A DNA stretch of 40,846 nt from Hyphomicrobiaceae bacterium (lineage in GTDB: Bacteria; Pseudomonadota; Alphaproteobacteria; Rhizobiales; JAKIUO01), in the NCBI GenBank assembly GCA_021647535.1, contig JAKIUO010000001.1:1-40846 (forward strand), read 5' to 3'. The notes beneath the pieces are model-generated. The model saw only the letters and a list, made by a program, of their open reading frames with translations. It did not search any database and was not told the origin of the DNA. The position numbers and the translations under genes were made by a program. Shown piece by piece: positions 36,531 to 40,846 of the stretch (its first letter is position 1; each line of letters starts with the position of its first letter).

Positions 36531-37540
36531 GCGGCGATCTCTTCTTGTTGCGCAAGTTCATCAAACAAATGCTCAAGTGAACCTATGACATTCAAAGGGT
36601 CATATTCACGACACAGACGAGCGCGCCACAATAAGGCCTGCTCGCGCTCTTTCAAGAGATCATCAACATACCAGCCCAAATGCTTGCGAGCATTGCGCAA
36701 TCCAAGTTCCTTGCCATAGAAACCAAGCATGTCCTCATAGTGCTCAATGATCAGCTCTTTCTTTTCCTCAAGGGTTGGAGGGACAAAATGGCAGTTGCCT
36801 TGCAGTTTCGCCCCATATTCCCCGACGATCCACGGACGCCCCTGCGCCCCGCGTCCAACCATAACCCCATGAGCTCCAGATTGTGTCAGACAGGACTTAA
36901 CATCTTCATAGGAGAGAATATCGCCATTGGCGATTACGGGCACGTCAACAGCCTCGACCACAGGGGCAATAGCTGGCCAGTCAGCACGTCCCTTGTAAAA
37001 CTGGCACCTTGTCCTGCCATGTACTGAAATCATCTGGATGCCTGCCTGCTCAGCTCTTGTGGCGATATAAGCCGCATTCAACTGATTTTCATCCCAGCCT
37101 AACCGCATTTTAAGAGAAACCGGCACATCAACGGCATGAATGACACTTTCAATGAGCGAAAGAGCCAGGTCTGGTTGTTTCATCAAGGCGGAACCGGCCA
37201 GCCCCTTTATGACCTTGCGCGCCGGACAGCCCATATTGATGTCAATCATATCCGCTCCCAGATCAGCCGCCACACGAGCTGCACTCGCCATCTCCACCGG
37301 ATCACGTCCCGAGATCTGAATGACATAGGGCGATAGGTCTCCGCCGCCCATAACGCGCTGCAAGGTCTGCGTGTGCTCATCCGCCAGCATTTTACTCGCC
37401 ACCATCTCAGCAACCACCAGTCCCGCCCCCAACCGGTGGGCAAGGCGACGAAATGGCAGGTCTGTAATGCCGGACATGGGCGCCAGCAGCGCTCTGTTTC
37501 GCAATGTGATCATGGTTTGTCGGCTCTTGGTGTGCTGCAC
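36527..37540 (-). CDS. dusB: tRNA-dihydrouridine synthase B (NifR3)
   Basis: LAPMSGITDLPFR, DINMGCPARKV and VHGRTR. Classic nifR3-ntrB-ntrC operon. The track start at 37540 is a GTG; ATG 37513 (MITLRN) is an alternative. Confidence 0.92.
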   Translation of the reverse strand: MQHTKSRQTMITLRNRALLAPMSGITDLPFRRLAHRLGAGLVVAEMVASKMLADEHTQTLQRVMGGGDLSPYVIQISGRDPVEMASAARVAADLGADMIDINMGCPARKVIKGLAGSALMKQPDLALSLIESVIHAVDVPVSLKMRLGWDENQLNAAYIATRAEQAGIQMISVHGRTRCQFYKGRADWPAIAPVVEAVDVPVIANGDILSYEDVKSCLTQSGAHGVMVGRGAQGRPWIVGEYGAKLQGNCHFVPPTLEEKKELIIEHYEDMLGFYGKELGLRNARKHLGWYVDDLLKEREQALLWRARLCREYDPLNVIGSLEHLFDELAQQEEIAA

Positions 37541-37732
37541 GAATTATATGCATAATGGTGGGTTTTGCTCATTCTTTATGCACCATACCAGCAAAAAAGC
37601 AATCAAGGAGGGCCGTAAAGCAACAATCAGCCTCGCAAGAGCCCTTGGAATAACTCTTGGAATAGTTGGACGAACACCCTATTCTCCCAGCGATTAAAGA
37701 CGCCACACTCGTTGAAAGCTGGAAATCTGTCT

Positions 37733-38926
37733 ATGCCAAAAACCGTTCTTCTCATTGTTGCCGCCGGTAGAGGTATGCGGGCGGGCGGAGAAATTCCCAA
37801 ACAATATCAGCAATTGGCCGGACAGGCTGTGCTCACCCATACCCTTGAAGCGCTGAAAGGCCATCCGCTGATCTCCCACATGCTGACGATCATTCACCCC
37901 GATGACATTGAGCTGTATGAGGCTGCCACCCGGCCATTCGGGATCAACCTGTTGCCGCCGGTTTTTGGCGGTGAAACGCGCCAGAAAAGTGTGTTGAAGG
38001 GTCTGTTAGCTCTTGAAGAACTCAATCCCGACCTGGTGCTTATTCATGATGCGGCCCGGCCCTTTATTTCCCCCCGACTCATCACGCATACGATTGAAGC
38101 CCTTGCCCATCATGAAGCTGTCTTGCCTGCCGTCCCGGTGACAGACACCATCAAACAGGCCAAAAACGAAACGATCATGCAAACAGTTGACCGTCAAAAC
38201 CTGTTTGCCGCCCAAACCCCGCAAGGTTTCAAATTCCCACTCATCCTTGACCTTCACAAAAGGGCTGATCTGGAAAACAATGTGGACTTCACCGATGATG
38301 CCTCGCTTGCCGAAGGCGCGGGCGTTAAGGTGCAGCTTGTAAAGGGTAGCCCGCGCAATACAAAGCTCACGACAAAAAGGGATATGGAAATGGCAGAACT
38401 TGTCCTTGCCAACACATCAAAAATGGAGACACGGTTTGGCAGCGGATTTGACGTCCACGCCTTTGAAGAGGGTGACGGGGTCACTTTGTGCGGCATAAAA
38501 ATACCATTTGATCGCCAGCTGAAAGGACATTCTGATGCCGATGTCGCCATGCACGCCCTGACAGATGCCCTATATGGCGCGCTTGGCAAAGGAGATATTG
38601 GCCAGCATTTCCCCCCGTCTGATATCCAATGGAAAGGCGTGGCCTCGTCTGTTTTCCTCAAACACGCTGTAGAGCTGGTGACGAAGCGCGGCGGAAAAAT
38701 TATCAATACAGACCTCACCATAATTTGCGAGCAGCCTAAAATATCCCCGCATCAAGAGGCAATGCGCCAAAACATCTCAAAAATCATCGGTATTGAGGCC
38801 CACCGTATCGCCATTAAAGCGACAACGACGGAAGGGCTTGGCTTTACGGGGCGCAAGGAAGGCATTGCCGCGCAAGCCATCGCCAATATCAGCCTTCCCG
38901 TACAAACGGAGAACGGCGATGTTTAG
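37733..38926 (+). CDS. ispDF: Bifunctional MEP cytidylyltransferase / MEcPP synthase IspDF
   Basis: IspD part: LIVAAGRGMRAG, IHDAARPF, QTPQGF. IspF part: GSGFDVHAF, GHSDADVAMHALTDAL, TTTEGLGFTGR. The start is placed at ATG 37733; the track start at 37712 is a TTG. Confidence 0.94.
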   Translation: MPKTVLLIVAAGRGMRAGGEIPKQYQQLAGQAVLTHTLEALKGHPLISHMLTIIHPDDIELYEAATRPFGINLLPPVFGGETRQKSVLKGLLALEELNPDLVLIHDAARPFISPRLITHTIEALAHHEAVLPAVPVTDTIKQAKNETIMQTVDRQNLFAAQTPQGFKFPLILDLHKRADLENNVDFTDDASLAEGAGVKVQLVKGSPRNTKLTTKRDMEMAELVLANTSKMETRFGSGFDVHAFEEGDGVTLCGIKIPFDRQLKGHSDADVAMHALTDALYGALGKGDIGQHFPPSDIQWKGVASSVFLKHAVELVTKRGGKIINTDLTIICEQPKISPHQEAMRQNISKIIGIEAHRIAIKATTTEGLGFTGRKEGIAAQAIANISLPVQTENGDV

Positions 38927-39431
38927 TGCAGAACAGATTGAAAAAGCCAGAGATGTGATGGCCCTTTGCCGCCAACAGGGTTTGAGGATCACAACTGCCG
39001 AGTCTTGTACCGGTGGGCTTATCGCTGCTCTGTTCACTGAAATAGCTGGATCATCTGAGGTGTTCGAGCGCGGTTTTGTCACCTATTCCAACGAGGCAAA
39101 AGCCGAACTACTGAGCGTGCCTATGGATTTAATCGAGGAATGGGGTGCCATCAGTTCCCAAGTCGCAGCCGCTATGAGTAAAGGCGCATTACGAAACTCT
39201 CGTGCCGACATCTCTGTCTCTGTAACGGGCATCGCTGGCCCTGGAGGTGGCTCCAAAGCTAAACCGGTAGGCCTTGTCTATCTGTCAGCAGCCACTCAAG
39301 AGGACCGTGTCCTTGGCAGAAAATGCCAATTCGGAGATATTGGCCGCTCAATGGTGCGCAAAGCAACTATGCTGGCGGCTCTTCAGCTGCTCAATGAGGT
39401 TTTGCCAGAAGTTCAGTCAGAGCGTCCATAA
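38919..39431 (+). CDS. pncC: CinA-family nicotinamide-nucleotide amidohydrolase (PncC domain only)
   Basis: LRITTAESCTGGLIAALFT, GFVTYSNEAK, VSVTGIAGPGGG and KPVGLVY. The start is at ATG 38919 and overlaps the ispDF stop by 8 nt (ATGTTTAG). The 42 upstream codons of the track ORF lie inside ispDF in another frame. Confidence 0.88.
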   Translation: MFSAEQIEKARDVMALCRQQGLRITTAESCTGGLIAALFTEIAGSSEVFERGFVTYSNEAKAELLSVPMDLIEEWGAISSQVAAAMSKGALRNSRADISVSVTGIAGPGGGSKAKPVGLVYLSAATQEDRVLGRKCQFGDIGRSMVRKATMLAALQLLNEVLPEVQSERP

Positions 39432-39868
39432 AACGCGTCGGCCCGCTCAACAAAAGCATCAGAAAACTTGCCAAAGGCATAATCGAACATTGAGCCCATC
39501 AGGAGTTGCAGCGTGCGCGACTTGAACTCGTAATCTATATAGAACTCCACATCGCAGCTGTGCTCATCCACTTCGCGGATAGTCCAGCGATTATCGAGCT
39601 TGCGAAACGGGCCGCTGATGGCTTCAACAAACACCCGTTTGCGCTCCTCATCAAGCATAACGCGACTGCCATAGGTCTCACGAACAAATTTATAGGCCAC
39701 CGTCATATCGGCAATGAGAATTTTTCTGCCGTTGCGCTCTTCGCGACTTTTGATGACCAGCGCCTCACACAAAGGCAGAAATTGCGGATAATGTTCCACA
39801 TCTGCTATGAGCGCATACATCTTCTGCGCCGAGTGATTGACGCGTCTTGTGCTGGAAAAACGGGGCAT
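39413..39868 (-). CDS. SRPBCC/START-fold protein of the RatA / COQ10 (cyclase-dehydrase) family
   Basis: 151 aa. Has the HSAQKMYALIADVEHYPQFLPLC N-terminus and LDNRWTIREVDEHSCDVEFYIDYEF, typical of this family. It starts 3 nt after the lipA stop. Confidence 0.85.
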   Translation of the reverse strand: MPRFSSTRRVNHSAQKMYALIADVEHYPQFLPLCEALVIKSREERNGRKILIADMTVAYKFVRETYGSRVMLDEERKRVFVEAISGPFRKLDNRWTIREVDEHSCDVEFYIDYEFKSRTLQLLMGSMFDYAFGKFSDAFVERADAFYGRSD

Positions 39869-39871
39869 AGG

Positions 39872-40834
39872 CTATGACCTGCTTTTGTTTTTTAACGCAG
39901 CCCGCGCCGCTTGCAATTTTGCAAAATCCTCATCGGCATGATAAGAAGAACGCGTCAGCGGCGTGGCCGATACCAACAAAAACCCTTTGGCCAGAGCATG
40001 ACGCTTATAGGCGTCAAACTGTTCGGGTGTGACAAACTCCTTGACCGCTGCATGTTTGCGGGTCGGCTGCAAATATTGGCCGATGGTCAGGAAATCCACA
40101 TCAGCAGAACGCAGGTCATCCATGAGCTGCAAAACCTCGTTCTTGGTTTCACCAAGCCCGACCATAATGCCTGATTTTGTGAACAGGGTCGGATCGCTCT
40201 CCTTGACCTTTTGCAACAGGCGCAGAGAGTGGAAATAGCGTGCCCCTGGTCTGATGGTCAGATAGTTGGCGGGCACCGTCTCCAGATTGTGATTAAAGAC
40301 ATCCGGGCGCGCCTTGATGACCAACTCCTCGGCCCCGTTTTTCTTCAAAAAATCGGGCGTCAAGACTTCGATGGTGGTCTGCGGATTAAGGCGGCGCACC
40401 TGCTCGATTGTTTCCGCTATATGCGCCGCACCACCATCAGCCAGATCATCACGGTCAACCGAAGTGATCACCACATGGCGCAGCCCGAGTTTTTGCACGG
40501 CTTTGGCGACATTTTCAGGTTCTGCAGGATTGAGCGCAGCTGGCTTGCCGGTTGTGATATTGCAAAAAGCGCAAGCTCTGGTGCAGACCTCACCCATAAT
40601 CATCATGGTGGCGTGACGCTTGTCCCAGCACTCGCCGACATTTGGACAAGCCGCTTCTTCGCACACCGTATGCAAGCCGTTTTCGCGAATGATCTCGCGC
40701 GTCTGTTTGTAAACCTTTGACCCCGGCGCTTTCACCCTGATCCAGGCAGGTTTACGCAACAAGGGTGTCTCTGGATTATTGGCCTTTTCGGGATGTCTGG
40801 CCCGTTCTGGCTTTGATTCATGAATGGTGACCAT
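39872..40834 (-). CDS. lipA: Lipoyl synthase
   Basis: 320 aa. [13 protein letters not shown] (auxiliary cluster), the radical-SAM motif CTRACAFCN, and GIMVGLGE. Confidence 0.96.
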   Translation of the reverse strand: MVTIHESKPERARHPEKANNPETPLLRKPAWIRVKAPGSKVYKQTREIIRENGLHTVCEEAACPNVGECWDKRHATMMIMGEVCTRACAFCNITTGKPAALNPAEPENVAKAVQKLGLRHVVITSVDRDDLADGGAAHIAETIEQVRRLNPQTTIEVLTPDFLKKNGAEELVIKARPDVFNHNLETVPANYLTIRPGARYFHSLRLLQKVKESDPTLFTKSGIMVGLGETKNEVLQLMDDLRSADVDFLTIGQYLQPTRKHAAVKEFVTPEQFDAYKRHALAKGFLLVSATPLTRSSYHADEDFAKLQAARAALKNKSRS

Positions 40835-40846
40835 GGTTTAGTCCTG

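Noticed and set aside
38793-38918. N-terminal extension of the pncC ORF (42 Arg/Lys/Pro-rich codons). Similar upstream extensions occur at rpsF (6848-6925), fabD (7155-7220), yicC (12382-12483), trkH (28132-28197) and lptF (21749-21787)
   Set aside because: The extensions overlap the upstream gene or leader sequence, and the fabD, yicC and trkH ones begin at TTG codons. All lack homology to the N-termini of the respective families, and better-placed ATG or GTG codons with SD sequences exist downstream.

Overview
This window is a gene-dense stretch of core alphaproteobacterial chromosome, with gene content and order typical of Hyphomicrobiales/Rhizobiales-type genomes. I support 37 protein-coding genes in five blocks. 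(i) radA-alr-dnaB and rplI-DUF2232-rpsR-rpsF, minus strand. (ii) fabD-fabG-acpP-fabF-mltG-yicC-gmk, plus strand. (iii) rsmA-pdxA-surA-lptD-lptG-lptF, minus strand, divergent from pepA-mazG. (iv) hflX-hfq-trkH-trkA-ntrX-ntrY-ntrC-ntrB-dusB, minus strand. (v) ispDF-pncC, plus strand, converging on an SRPBCC/RatA-like gene and lipA. I saw no rRNA, tRNA, CRISPR array, transposase, integrase, phage or recognisable defence gene. I also see no convincing novel multi-gene system: every long ORF that is not antisense to a better gene belongs to a well-known housekeeping family. The most unusual feature is a palindromic intergenic repeat of about 190 bp, present twice in opposite orientations at 4109-4296 and 24475-24662. 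Its architecture looks like a bidirectional terminator carried on a MITE/REP-like element. Lesser observations include three in-frame tandem duplications inside alr and an uncharacterised polytopic membrane gene inside the S6-S18-L9 operon. There is also a long rpsF leader with a palindrome in the candidate promoter spacer, a strong hairpin after pepA where holC is often found, and a RatA-like gene coupled to lipA with no antitoxin partner. Several track ORFs start too far upstream, so I give start codons corrected by homology and Shine-Dalgarno (SD) position. All family calls come from motif recognition by eye; no searches were run.
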